Shown here: positions 1 through 8,928 of the stretch, in pieces | Position numbering within the stretch: the stretch's first letter is position 1 | Layout of the letters: each line of letters begins with the position of its first letter | IMG/VR virus record: IMGVR_UViG_3300022178_000001 | DNA from: an uncultured virus (IMG/VR IMGVR_UViG_3300022178_000001) | Taxonomy: Duplodnaviria > Heunggongvirae > Uroviricota > Caudoviricetes | Direction: 5' to 3' (one strand) | Length of the DNA: 64,000 nt | The notes under the pieces: generated by a model | The model's database searches: none | What the model was told of the DNA's origin: nothing | The model's input: only the letters and a program-made list of their open reading frames with translations | Translations under genes and position numbers: made by a program

Positions 1-84
1 TACCTAGAGTACGGGGTCGTAACAGTTTATTCAGATGAAGAAGGTAACTTTACCTTAGAAGCACCACTTAACCCTAACGACTAA
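1..84 (+). CDS. 3' end of hypothetical protein (partial)
   Basis: Open frame from base 1 (YLEYGVVTVYSDEEGNFTLEAPLNPND) ending at TAA 82-84, just before the RBS of the next gene. Confidence 0.5.
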   Translation, partial: YLEYGVVTVYSDEEGNFTLEAPLNPND

Positions 85-95
85 AGGAGAGAAGG

Positions 96-437
96 ATGAA
101 TTATAGTCAGGAGGAGTCTCAGGTACTCATCCAAGAGTATGAAAAAAATCCATCAAAAGAAACGGTCGAAGCACTTGCTGAGAAGTTTCGAAAAAGCACT
201 AAATCCGTAATCGGAAAACTAAGCAGAGAAGGAGTCTACAGACGAGAAGTTTATAGATCCAAAACTGGGGATGTGCCGATTACAAAAGTAGAAATCGTAA
301 CATCTATAGCAGATATGCTAATGTGCGAACCAGAACACCTACAAGGGCTTGATAAAGCCCCAAAATCCTCATTAAAAGCTCTTGAAGACGCCTTACGCGG
401 GGTCAGAGCGGGAAAAGAAATTATCTTCCAAGACTAG
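96..437 (+). CDS. T5 A2/D3-like small DNA-binding (HTH) protein
   Basis: GGAG RBS. N-terminal YSQEE...VEALAEKF..STKSVIGKLSREGVY and C-terminal LQGLDKAPKSSL resemble T5 A2/D3 proteins from memory. Confidence 0.6.
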   Translation: MNYSQEESQVLIQEYEKNPSKETVEALAEKFRKSTKSVIGKLSREGVYRREVYRSKTGDVPITKVEIVTSIADMLMCEPEHLQGLDKAPKSSLKALEDALRGVRAGKEIIFQD

Positions 438-441
438 GATG

Positions 442-466
442 AAAAGGGTAGGAACTAAACCTACCC
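442..466 (-). terminator. Intrinsic terminator for leftward transcript
   Basis: GGGTAGG(446-452)/CCTACCC(460-466) 7-bp stem; AAAA at 442-445 gives a U-tract on the minus strand. Confidence 0.55.
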
Positions 467-851
467 AAATTCATTCAAATCTAATAAAATCTGCAAAGAT
501 TACCCTCCCCATACGGAAAAGACCATAAAAACCCCGTCGCGAATTGGGCATGGTTGTGGGAATTAAAAAAGAAAATTGTAGTTAAGGCTTGATGTAATTG
601 ATGCGGGATCGTAACAATTATTGTGCTTTTACGGGATTAAGACGATTAGGTCAGAATCAGTACATAAGCACGAATTGTTAGATTGAATGTTGGGTTTTGA
701 CTAGCTCATCATATCTTGCATAAATCCCGTAGTAGAGTGACGCCTTATCTTTCAGTAGAACGGCGTCACACTTGTACGAAACAATGCATTACGATTTTGC
801 TAGTTTAGGTTTGTAAGAAAAGTGACTTACCTGATTAATCTTACGATTTAG
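442..851 (-). ncRNA. Candidate structured non-coding RNA (~410 nt; structured core 608-847)
   Basis: No ORF of 60 aa or more; nested inverted repeats; minus-strand promoter at 858-886 and terminator at 442-466. Confidence 0.5.
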
Positions 852-857
852 AAATAA

Positions 858-886
858 ATTATAACATACGTTTTGGCATAACACAA
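858..886 (-). promoter_or_regulatory. sigma70-type promoter (TTGTGT-17-TATAAT, extended -10)
   Basis: Minus strand reads AAAAATATTAC TTGTGT N17 TATAAT with TG upstream of -10; same A-tract context as the other phage promoters. Confidence 0.55.
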
Positions 887-978
887 GTAATATTTTTGAG
901 CAGGTATACGGTTATCCGAACTGGAAAGGAAAGAGGTTACTAAAAAATATTTAAACTGAGGAGAGGTAAAAAAATATC

Positions 979-1007
979 TTGACTTTTTTCGTTCTTTCGT
1001 GTATAAT
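979..1007 (+). promoter_or_regulatory. Strong sigma70 promoter (T5-type)
   Basis: TTGACT(979-984)-17 nt-TATAAT(1002-1007), upstream A-tract. Confidence 0.85.
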
Positions 1008-1160
1008 ATGTGGTAAGAAATCGAGAAGAGAACTCGTAGAACATCTCCGTGTAAGCACGCCACGTTAATCAGATGGATCTAATGCCGGGTGTAGGTTTTA
1101 TGGCTTTTTCCTCTTTCAAAAAAAGCTTTCTCAAAAACTTATTAGAAAAAGGAGACACCA

Positions 1161-1310
1161 ATGCCAGGAATCATTATTGCGATGATCTTAGTAGGAACTG
1201 TGCTGGTAAAAGATGGAAATCGAAAACTGGACGAAAAATGTGCCCAAGAAGTGTTAGATGGTATTGCTGAGTCACATCAGGAGTGTCGTCGCTACTATAT
1301 GAGTAAGTAA
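1161..1310 (+). CDS. Small hypothetical membrane-anchored protein (49 aa)
   Basis: AGGAGA RBS; MPGIIIAMILVGTVLVKDGNRKLDEKC...; below ORF-track cutoff. Confidence 0.65.
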   Translation: MPGIIIAMILVGTVLVKDGNRKLDEKCAQEVLDGIAESHQECRRYYMSK

Positions 1311-1311
1311 T

Positions 1312-1512
1312 ATGCCAAATTTTAAAGAAATAGAGCAGGATTTAACAGAATTAAACGGAGAAGGAAACCGGGAGCGGGGTCGCAACGGGGAAGAATTACC
1401 GTGGAGCTACGAAGAAAAACGAGACAGGAGGAAAGAAGCAGAAAAGGATTACATGGAAATTGTACTTCCTTTAGAAATTGCACCTACTGTGATTGGAATA
1501 TGTGTGGAATGA
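1312..1512 (+). CDS. Hypothetical protein
   Basis: 66-aa ORF packed between neighbours. Confidence 0.55.
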   Translation: MPNFKEIEQDLTELNGEGNRERGRNGEELPWSYEEKRDRRKEAEKDYMEIVLPLEIAPTVIGICVE

Positions 1513-1814
1513 AGGAACTTCTGCAAAAATTGGAAAGTGGAATAATTATACTTTGCTTTCGAAAGCTGGAAGGACCGGAGCGCAATATGGTCTGTACTAC
1601 CAATCCTCGATATATTCCTGGATCTCCAAAAGTTGGAAAACAATCCCCTGAGAGCAATACCTTTGGAATGTACGCACTCGATGTGTGTGCGTGGAGAGAT
1701 GTACTCAAAAGCACAATTCTACACTGGAGAGAAGCTCCTGTGACCGATGATGGCTATGTAAATACGAGTGTAAGTGGAGAGATCCCGACATGGTTAAAAG
1801 TAACAATCAACTAA
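1509..1814 (+). CDS. SH3-like beta-barrel (WYL_2-type) phage protein
   Basis: ATGA overlap start; FRKLEG.ERNMVCT...D..AWR pattern typical of phage WYL_2/SH3 proteins. Confidence 0.6.
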   Translation: MKELLQKLESGIIILCFRKLEGPERNMVCTTNPRYIPGSPKVGKQSPESNTFGMYALDVCAWRDVLKSTILHWREAPVTDDGYVNTSVSGEIPTWLKVTIN

Positions 1815-1839
1815 AACAAATTAATAGAAGGAGAACCCA

Positions 1840-2016
1840 ATGGTTCGCGAAATCGACAGCATCACAATTTACTTCGCAAATAACGGAGCCTACCTTGAAT
1901 ACTCAGACAACGGAGGAGACCGAGGGTATCAAAGCCATCGAGAAGTTTACCCCTCCGTCTTCGACGCCTGTACAGCAATAGAAAGGCTTTATGATGAAAC
2001 AAAGAACGAAGACTAA
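1840..2016 (+). CDS. Hypothetical protein (58 aa)
   Basis: AGGAGA RBS then MVREIDSITIYFANNGAYLEY...; a better fit than the listed 1790..1981 ORF. Confidence 0.6.
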   Translation: MVREIDSITIYFANNGAYLEYSDNGGDRGYQSHREVYPSVFDACTAIERLYDETKNED

Positions 2017-2257
2017 ACTTACACCGCTCGAAGTAACCGCAGCAAAAAGATCTTGGATGCCAGGAGTATCTGTGCGAGTGCATAGCGATCATCGAGGATC
2101 GGCAAAAGATTGGTGTAAAAACCTAGTGAGTAAGGAACTTCTGGACAAAGAAAACTATCATATGGTAATCTATACGAATGTATACGAAGATACCTTTCAC
2201 TTTCTTTCTCCTCTCGTCGCACAAAGCTTTGCAATGGAATTTAATGGAAAACTTTGA
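1991..2257 (+). CDS. Hypothetical phage protein
   Basis: 88-aa ORF in operon-like packing. Confidence 0.65.
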   Translation: MMKQRTKTKLTPLEVTAAKRSWMPGVSVRVHSDHRGSAKDWCKNLVSKELLDKENYHMVIYTNVYEDTFHFLSPLVAQSFAMEFNGKL

Positions 2258-2513
2258 TCAGTGGGAAACACATATGGAGGTGCGCCTTACAATAGTTGCG
2301 GAAGAGCTTATTGAAATGCACTATAATAAGAGAGTATCTGAGCTAAGTAAAGAAGAAATTCAAGAACTTGACAATTTTGCATTTATGCATAATAACTCCG
2401 TCCTGTGTTACGGCCTCCGCCGTAATATTAGAAGATGGGAAAAAGCTCATAAAACTACCGTAGATGGTGGGGAATATTTAAAAGAACTTAATCTACGGGA
2501 AGGAGAAGATTAA
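2244..2513 (+). CDS. Hypothetical protein
   Basis: ATG at 2244 (MENFDQWE) overlapping the upstream gene end. Confidence 0.6.
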   Translation: MENFDQWETHMEVRLTIVAEELIEMHYNKRVSELSKEEIQELDNFAFMHNNSVLCYGLRRNIRRWEKAHKTTVDGGEYLKELNLREGED

Positions 2514-2537
2514 AGACTATAGAGCCAAACAAAATTC

Positions 2538-2566
2538 TTGACATTTATACTAAATTCTTGTATAAT
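2538..2566 (+). promoter_or_regulatory. Strong sigma70 promoter
   Basis: TTGACA-17-TATAAT, perfect consensus. Confidence 0.9.
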
Positions 2567-2586
2567 ATCCTCTTACAAGAAAAGGA

Positions 2587-2826
2587 GTGGAAATGATTGT
2601 TCATATTATTTTAGACCCAGAGCAGATGGAAGTAGTATTTATGTCGCCTTCAAACGTAGCTTTTGGCAAGTATATTGCGAACTTAAGAGATGAAATGATT
2701 GCGGATGACATGATCGAAGAAGACGGTGACTTTAGTGACAATGATATCTTAGAGATGTATGGCAATTGGTACTACGATTGTTACAATACTGACGAAACAG
2801 ATGGCTGGGAGGAAGGCAACTGGTAA
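2587..2826 (+). CDS. Hypothetical highly acidic protein
   Basis: AGGAG RBS, first gene after promoter, D/E-rich. Confidence 0.7.
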   Translation: MEMIVHIILDPEQMEVVFMSPSNVAFGKYIANLRDEMIADDMIEEDGDFSDNDILEMYGNWYYDCYNTDETDGWEEGNW

Positions 2827-3062
2827 TGGAAGATAAGACTTTCGATGAGCTACTAGAGAGTGTGAAAGAGATGGACAATATGATTATGGATGCTAACGAA
2901 TTAAGGTATAGATTTGCAAAGTTAGCAGAAGACGAATTCAGTTATTCGTATGTGTTAAAAGCGCTACTAGCAATGATGACACAGGCCGAATTAAAGGAGT
3001 ATTATGACTATTTCAATCAACTTCATCCAGGAGTTTACGATGAAGACGGAAATCATATATGA
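2826..3062 (+). CDS. Hypothetical acidic protein
   Basis: TAATG coupling to previous gene. Confidence 0.7.
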   Translation: MEDKTFDELLESVKEMDNMIMDANELRYRFAKLAEDEFSYSYVLKALLAMMTQAELKEYYDYFNQLHPGVYDEDGNHI

Positions 3063-3307
3063 TATTAGTGGGAGAAACAATGAAAGATAGATTTGTACTA
3101 GAGCAGAACATAATGAACTGCTGGGAAATAATTGATGATCTTCAACTATTATCAGAGAATATCATAGATAGTGATAGGTATAATCTGAGCACAGAAGAAG
3201 AAGAACGTCTTACCAGAAAGCTTGATGGAATTAAAGAACTTTATGAGATGAGATTTGATAGAATGTGGGATACCTTTGAGGAGATGATAAAACATGGACA
3301 ACTATAG
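3059..3307 (+). CDS. Hypothetical protein
   Basis: ATGA coupling; alternative start at 3080 with GGAG RBS. Confidence 0.65.
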   Translation: MILVGETMKDRFVLEQNIMNCWEIIDDLQLLSENIIDSDRYNLSTEEEERLTRKLDGIKELYEMRFDRMWDTFEEMIKHGQL

Positions 3308-3418
3308 CTGGGAAGAAGAGCTGAAGTTTGCACGAAGAATGACGTGGCTAACAATTATTAACACGGTATGCTTATTCGCTTTTATGGGCGTCTTTGTATA
3401 TACGATGGCTGCAGGGTA
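3293..3418 (+). CDS. Small membrane protein
   Basis: GAGGAG RBS; MDNYSWEEELKFARRMTWLTIINTVCLFAFMGVFVYTMAAG. Confidence 0.5.
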
Positions 3419-3545
3419 GAAAAATGACGTACAAAGAAGAACTTTCTATAAAATTTTGGAAAGGATTTCTTATGGGGTACTTAACAGGAATATTATTATT
3501 AGTAGGAATATACGTTATATTTAGCTAAATCGGAGCGGGGTTACT

Positions 3546-3758
3546 ATGAGCTGGAGCTACAGAATAATTAAAAAAGAAAAAGGTGATGCGGAGTGGTACG
3601 GCATTCACGAAGTTTTCTATGATGACGATGGCAAGCCTGAAATGTGTACGGAAGATCCAATCACATTAGAAGCAGAGTCTATGGAAGATTTTGATTGGAT
3701 GTTAAGTCAATTTAAAATTGCAACCAATCAACCTTGGCTGAATTTTAACGACTTTTAG
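3546..3758 (+). CDS. Conserved hypothetical phage protein
   Basis: MSWSYRII...YGIHEVFYDDDGKP pattern is common in phages. Confidence 0.7.
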   Translation: MSWSYRIIKKEKGDAEWYGIHEVFYDDDGKPEMCTEDPITLEAESMEDFDWMLSQFKIATNQPWLNFNDF

Positions 3759-3759
3759 A

Positions 3760-3960
3760 ATGTATATAGTACATACCTTTTATAACAGAAAAACCGTGCA
3801 TACCTATAAGTATCTAACACTAGAGGAAGCTTTTGGTGATTATAATACTTATACTTTTGCAGGTCTGAAAGAAGGTACTCCGTATAAATGCAAAAAAGCT
3901 CTTTATGTTAAAATTGGGGACAAATACTTTCGATATGAAGAAAATTTTAAAGGGGGCTAA
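3760..3960 (+). CDS. Hypothetical protein
   Basis: 66-aa ORF abutting the previous gene. Confidence 0.55.
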   Translation: MYIVHTFYNRKTVHTYKYLTLEEAFGDYNTYTFAGLKEGTPYKCKKALYVKIGDKYFRYEENFKGG

Positions 3961-4118
3961 TATATGAAATGGCTAGGGTATGCTTTTTGGATATTCTATA
4001 TAATTATACAGGGCGGAAAAGTACTCGATACGACATCTCCAGAGATGGTTATTATAATAGTCGGAATGATGTTTGGATTGATTGTGTTCCCCCTAACTTT
4101 TTTAGTTGAGAGCGATTA

Positions 4119-4499
4119 GTGAGCATAGACGAAGATATTAAAGAGAAGTTTGAGGGAAGTACTATGAGCAAGGCAGGCCGTCTTGCCATGGAATTAACTG
4201 CGGAACGAAAGCGGTTGAAACAAGAAATGACAGAGCTTCAGATGGAAGTAGAGGATTTAAAGCCTACTACTCCTACGGGGACTATTGACAGTTATGTAAA
4301 ATGGGCTGCTACAATTTCTGCGGTTACTGGAATATTTCTACAGCAGGCAGACTTACTCATTGCAGGACAATCTCTGTATGCACTAAGTGCTCTATGTTGG
4401 ATTTATGTTGGGAGTATATGGAATGATAAAGCCATTATGATTGGCAGTGCTATATCAGGTACAGCCGTGTTACTAACATTAACGAAGTACTATTCTTAG
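4119..4499 (+). CDS. Hypothetical coiled-coil plus multi-TM membrane protein
   Basis: N-terminal heptad-like segment, three hydrophobic C-terminal segments. Confidence 0.65.
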   Translation: MSIDEDIKEKFEGSTMSKAGRLAMELTAERKRLKQEMTELQMEVEDLKPTTPTGTIDSYVKWAATISAVTGIFLQQADLLIAGQSLYALSALCWIYVGSIWNDKAIMIGSAISGTAVLLTLTKYYS

Positions 4500-4508
4500 G
4501 TATTGGAA

Positions 4509-4585
4509 GGGCTTTTAGCTCAGATGGTTAGAGCATCCGACTCATAATCGGCAGGTCCAAGGTTCAAATCCTTGAAGGCCCACCA
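4509..4585 (+). tRNA. tRNA with CAT anticodon (probably tRNA-Ile2; elongator Met possible)
   Basis: GGGCTTT/AAGGCCC acceptor stem, D-arm TAGCTCAGATGGTTAGAGC, anticodon arm CCGA-CTCATAA-TCGG, GGTTCAAATCC T-arm, encoded CCA. Confidence 0.93.
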
Positions 4586-4586
4586 C

Positions 4587-4901
4587 CTATGGTACTCCAT
4601 CCAAAATAGTAATATTTGCGTCCGACCCAAGTATTGTTAATTCTACCTTATAGCTAGGAACTACTACTTGCACATCAAACGTATCAACCAAGATACTATC
4701 AACACTATAAGAAGACGGGGCAGTAGATCGTACTGATACACTGGCTTCAATATTCGTAGGGTTTGCAGTTACAATTGCAGAGTACGTCCCTGCAGTTGTA
4801 ATCTCGATATCTTGTGCAGAGTAATATTTATCAAAAATACCCCCTCTCCAACCACGAGTTGCAAGGGATATTCTCCTACCAATGCCAGTATGGCTACTCA
4901 T
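4587..4901 (-). CDS. Hypothetical protein (accessory structural module)
   Basis: 104 aa, TAATG-coupled to the upstream gene; beta-strand-rich. Confidence 0.7.
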   Translation of the reverse strand: MSSHTGIGRRISLATRGWRGGIFDKYYSAQDIEITTAGTYSAIVTANPTNIEASVSVRSTAPSSYSVDSILVDTFDVQVVVPSYKVELTILGSDANITILDGVP

Positions 4902-5518
4902 TACTCTTCTCTTGAAACAATAGTAACTTCGTTACTAGGATTAGTAATATTCATTTTCAGAGCAGTACCTGTAGTAATACTCTCATCAGTAATAATTTGA
5001 GGATTATCTTTATCAAGCCCGAGAGACCTCCAAACTTCAAGAAGGCGGGTTTCCGTTTTCACGCCCCCTGCAATAGAAACGGTTGGGAGAGAGGATCGAG
5101 TTAATGCAATAGTTACTCCGCTCTGAGGATTTACAGGATTGCCTCCCTCTTCCCGAGTATAAATATTACCTACAATATCAAGAATATAACCAGAAAGGTT
5201 TAAATCAGCAGGAATCCAAGGCTGTATTCTCCATCCGTTTTCAAGAAAGTAAGAATCTCCCAAAGACGTAGTTTCGGTAATAGGATCTCCCCCAGTGGTA
5301 GTGATAGCTTCGTACCACTGAGAGTTTTTCCTTTGAAGCTTCCACTCTTTCCAATTACTATAGATATCGAGTTTTACATCGATAGATCCCTCGCCAGGAT
5401 TAACTCGAATAAGCCTGTTCTCTCCATCAAATGTAACCTTCATACCCCCTGGAGTATCAGGCAAGTTTCGAGGAGCCCAATAGGACCATTCTCCGTAATT
5501 GAAAATTATGCTCGGCAT
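4901..5518 (-). CDS. Putative virion structural protein
   Basis: Start MPSIIFNYGEW at 5518; FDGENRLI..DIYSNWKEW..GDPITE..YFLENGW is similar to a domain of the 8929..11148 protein. Confidence 0.7.
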   Translation of the reverse strand: MPSIIFNYGEWSYWAPRNLPDTPGGMKVTFDGENRLIRVNPGEGSIDVKLDIYSNWKEWKLQRKNSQWYEAITTTGGDPITETTSLGDSYFLENGWRIQPWIPADLNLSGYILDIVGNIYTREEGGNPVNPQSGVTIALTRSSLPTVSIAGGVKTETRLLEVWRSLGLDKDNPQIITDESITTGTALKMNITNPSNEVTIVSREE

Positions 5519-5519
5519 T

Positions 5520-8270
5520 TTACTGTTCTCTTTCCTTCCACTGAAGATTGATTCGAATATTATGTTCTTCATCTTCTACAGGACGCTTGATAGGATTCCA
5601 CATGAAGGTCCACGCTGCTTGAGGCGGAGGAGTACCAATGATTAGACTACCTGTACCTTGAGTACCACTACCTTGAACTGCATTTAGTACGGTATTATAG
5701 TCTAATGGGTAAGAGTTAGCTGAAGTAGTAAATACATCTAATGAAAACACATGATGATGGTAGCTAGTAGCTGTACCTGCAGTCTCTTGACCAGCAACTA
5801 CATCTGTAGCATAGGTAAAATTATGATCGTCTACTACAGTAACTGCTACTACTTCATATAAAGTATAAGTACCGGTAATCCCAGGAAAAGGAGCTACAAG
5901 AACAATTTCAGTATCAGTAATTGTAGAAATTTGTCCGTGCCTATCATCAACTTCGATAAAATCCCCCGGAGTTAATCCAGTTGCAGTAAACCCTATTCCT
6001 GTAATAGTAGCACTTCCATTAGTAACTACAGCATTTGCGACACTAGCAGTATTGAAACTAGTAGTACCTGAAATCCTTACCTTATCATTACTAGTAAAAT
6101 GGTGTTGCCACGAGCGAACAGAGGCAGTGCCTCCGGCAGCAACAATAGTATCGATAGAGCGTACTCTTTCTATACAGAACGAGTCTCCTGCTACAACCGA
6201 ATCAATTGTAGTAGACTGTCTATCCCCTACTAAGAAATAATCAGTACTAGTACCTCTATAACCTAGCTCCAAGATTCTAACACGTTCATTAATTGCAGCT
6301 CCGGACTTAAAGATAATATGATCATTTTGATGGCCGTGATGTTCCCCAGTATAATTAGAACTTAATTCTCGAGTAGCCCTATCGTCTTCAAGCAGCTCAA
6401 TAGTAGTATATAGTTGAGCTTCATCTCTATCCTGCAAAGCCATATTATAGGTATTACCATTTAAAAACGTTAAACCCGGCTCCGTAACTCCTGAGACTGT
6501 AATAGGTAGACGATCTTCAAAGTAATGAACATTAGTTTGAAAAATAGGGTTATTTATTACTTTAATTGTAACTGCAGTTCCTGTACCATAAGGATTATCG
6601 TCCCCCACAATAGATAATAGCTCTTGAGATCTAACAGAAGTACTAGCCTCTGAGTTTACTCGCTCTGTACCATACTGAATTGTATTAAATAGTTCAGTAA
6701 AGTTTAAATCTGTAGGGCCTTTTATAGGTCTTCTAAATATTTCTGGTCCGTGCCCTTCATGACGCGCATCCTTGTCGATTTCAGTAGTAGCGTACCCAAC
6801 TGGTTTATAGTTTTCTCCCCTCAGTAGACACTTCCGGAATATTCTAATTTCTCCACGAACATCGTCCCCATTTGCATCATAAGCATCAATAGTTAAATAC
6901 TTAGGTAAATATAAAGAATGATTATCAATACCGTTAATTTGTGCGACTGGTCTCATAGAAAATAAATAATGAGTAGAGTTATCGACAGAGTCTGTTGTTA
7001 CGGTAAAGCTTTCATCCAGGCTTCTAAAAGCACCTTCTTCTAAAATATTAGTATTACCCGTACCTTCGGAGAAGACCCCCGCACCATACGCAAATATAGA
7101 TTTTTCTCCTGTAGCTAAAGTACCGTCCCAAACATTGGTAGCCCAGCAAATAGGCAGATTAGGATTACCAGTAGCATTATGAAGCCAGGAGCCAGCCGCT
7201 CCCCCGTTTCCCATATCCATCTCATGACATACAACTCGTTGGCCTTCATAATACACACCCCATCTAATTCGTCCACCTCCTAAATACTGATAATCAATCC
7301 AATATTGGTTAGACCTATTAACTAGTATTTCCATGCCGGAAGGATTCGAACCACCCCCGTTACCTGACAGATTATCTTTATTCCACATAGCTTGCGGAAT
7401 AATACTATCTGTTTTTATACCTCCAAAAGTTTTACGATGAACAAGGTATAAACCGTTTCCTTTCCCATCTCCACCATTAGTGAGATCGCGTCCAAGCTGA
7501 AAGAAAAAGCCGTCGGCACCTTCAAACATACCCCATCTACGAATACACCCATCAACGCCTGTGTCTCCTATTCTAGTCGCCATAACCACTAACTGATTAG
7601 CACCAGGAATGTAAGGGTGGTAAAGATTACTAGTATGAGTGGACTTTGATCCAGTAATATCTTGAACTTTAACTTCTACTGCTTGATATGCTGGAATATA
7701 TTCAACAGTTCCCCCATTACCTAAACTATTTGAAAATTGGTCTAATAAAGCATTTTTGGTGAATAAATACTGAGCAACTAACTGTTTATTTGAAGTACGA
7801 AGCTCTCCATATTGAGTTAACTCAGGCGCGCCTTCTTGGAAGGTAACCTGCCCTGAGCCAAACCTATCTACGTTCCACCCAAACTCTGGATTATCATATC
7901 CCATAATGTTTTGGGCGGGTATATAAATATCTTCCGCAGGTCCATTAACGTAAGCTATAATTTGTCCGTCTATACCACCAAATCTTATTTCCTGATTATC
8001 CTCAGGAGAATAGCCTAAGTGTTTTGCGGTAGAATTATAGTGTACAGAAAGCACCCCTGTAGTAGACGTTTCTTGTTTTATTCCATGCACATGGAACATA
8101 AAGTCACTGTTACTATCAAGCACAGCCCCCGTTAGTTGGTACATAGAACCGACTTGCCAAATATGCGTTAATTCTTTGTTATCATACCTAATTTCAGCAG
8201 TGTGAATCATGTATACACGATCACCTGTACTTTCCGGAGGTATTCTAGTATATTTGCGTTCCCCTGCCAT
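5520..8270 (-). CDS. Large fibre/appendage-like protein with lectin/jelly-roll-like domain
   Basis: 916 aa; GGAG RBS; WIDYQYLGGGRIRWG motif recurs in phage structural proteins; G/T/S-rich beta C-terminal part. Confidence 0.7.
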   Translation of the reverse strand: MAGERKYTRIPPESTGDRVYMIHTAEIRYDNKELTHIWQVGSMYQLTGAVLDSNSDFMFHVHGIKQETSTTGVLSVHYNSTAKHLGYSPEDNQEIRFGGIDGQIIAYVNGPAEDIYIPAQNIMGYDNPEFGWNVDRFGSGQVTFQEGAPELTQYGELRTSNKQLVAQYLFTKNALLDQFSNSLGNGGTVEYIPAYQAVEVKVQDITGSKSTHTSNLYHPYIPGANQLVVMATRIGDTGVDGCIRRWGMFEGADGFFFQLGRDLTNGGDGKGNGLYLVHRKTFGGIKTDSIIPQAMWNKDNLSGNGGGSNPSGMEILVNRSNQYWIDYQYLGGGRIRWGVYYEGQRVVCHEMDMGNGGAAGSWLHNATGNPNLPICWATNVWDGTLATGEKSIFAYGAGVFSEGTGNTNILEEGAFRSLDESFTVTTDSVDNSTHYLFSMRPVAQINGIDNHSLYLPKYLTIDAYDANGDDVRGEIRIFRKCLLRGENYKPVGYATTEIDKDARHEGHGPEIFRRPIKGPTDLNFTELFNTIQYGTERVNSEASTSVRSQELLSIVGDDNPYGTGTAVTIKVINNPIFQTNVHYFEDRLPITVSGVTEPGLTFLNGNTYNMALQDRDEAQLYTTIELLEDDRATRELSSNYTGEHHGHQNDHIIFKSGAAINERVRILELGYRGTSTDYFLVGDRQSTTIDSVVAGDSFCIERVRSIDTIVAAGGTASVRSWQHHFTSNDKVRISGTTSFNTASVANAVVTNGSATITGIGFTATGLTPGDFIEVDDRHGQISTITDTEIVLVAPFPGITGTYTLYEVVAVTVVDDHNFTYATDVVAGQETAGTATSYHHHVFSLDVFTTSANSYPLDYNTVLNAVQGSGTQGTGSLIIGTPPPQAAWTFMWNPIKRPVEDEEHNIRINLQWKEREQ

Positions 8271-8280
8271 TATTTACTCC

Positions 8281-8856
8281 TTATTTTGCTGTAGACAGCA
8301 ACTTCATAATTTTTGCCTTGAAATCATCGTCAAATTCATCGATAGGCTTCAAGTCTAATTCGGTTTGTATACTGGTAGCCAGTGGGGCCTTAGCGGGTTC
8401 TTCAATTGTAGGCATTACTGGTTGGTTAATTTTAGTACTCAAATTGTTAACTTCTAACCGCTTACTTGCATAGTTAATGCTTATATTCCATTTCGTTTCG
8501 TAGCCGTTCCAGTCAATTTCTTGGCCTAAATAGTTTAAATCTACCATTTGATACACGTTTCTTTTCCGTGCGGGAAGTCCTTCTAGAATACTCTCTAATG
8601 CAAGCCCCATTTCCACCTTAGTCTTAATCTCAATTAATGTCGAGTGGATAAATGTCTTGTCAGTTTCAGGAGCAATTCTTACAATATTATTTTTTGTTAC
8701 AAAAAGATCCCAAGTTAAGGAAAAACCTGCCCAAGTATCCCCAGGCTCCATAACTTTTTCAATTTCTGCAATAATTAAATTTATTTCGTCATTAAACTGA
8801 GTAACACCATTTTTCATGGTATACGCAGTGTGTCTAACTTTCTTTCTTGAAAACAT
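8281..8856 (-). CDS. Hypothetical protein
   Basis: 191 aa with GAGG RBS. Confidence 0.75.
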   Translation of the reverse strand: MFSRKKVRHTAYTMKNGVTQFNDEINLIIAEIEKVMEPGDTWAGFSLTWDLFVTKNNIVRIAPETDKTFIHSTLIEIKTKVEMGLALESILEGLPARKRNVYQMVDLNYLGQEIDWNGYETKWNISINYASKRLEVNNLSTKINQPVMPTIEEPAKAPLATSIQTELDLKPIDEFDDDFKAKIMKLLSTAK

Positions 8857-8874
8857 ATTTTTTCCTCGTTTTAG

Positions 8875-8900
8875 AAAAGGGGGGAAGAAACCCTCCCCCC
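8875..8900 (-). terminator. Intrinsic terminator
   Basis: G6/C6 stem with minus-strand U-tract just after the 8929..11148 gene. Confidence 0.65.
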
Positions 8901-8928
8901 GAATTTACATCTAATATTAAACTATAAC

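Noticed and set aside
848..1270. ORFs 848..1063(-) and 1073..1270(+)
   Set aside because: The first spans two promoters; the second lacks an RBS and overlaps the better-supported 1161..1310 ORF
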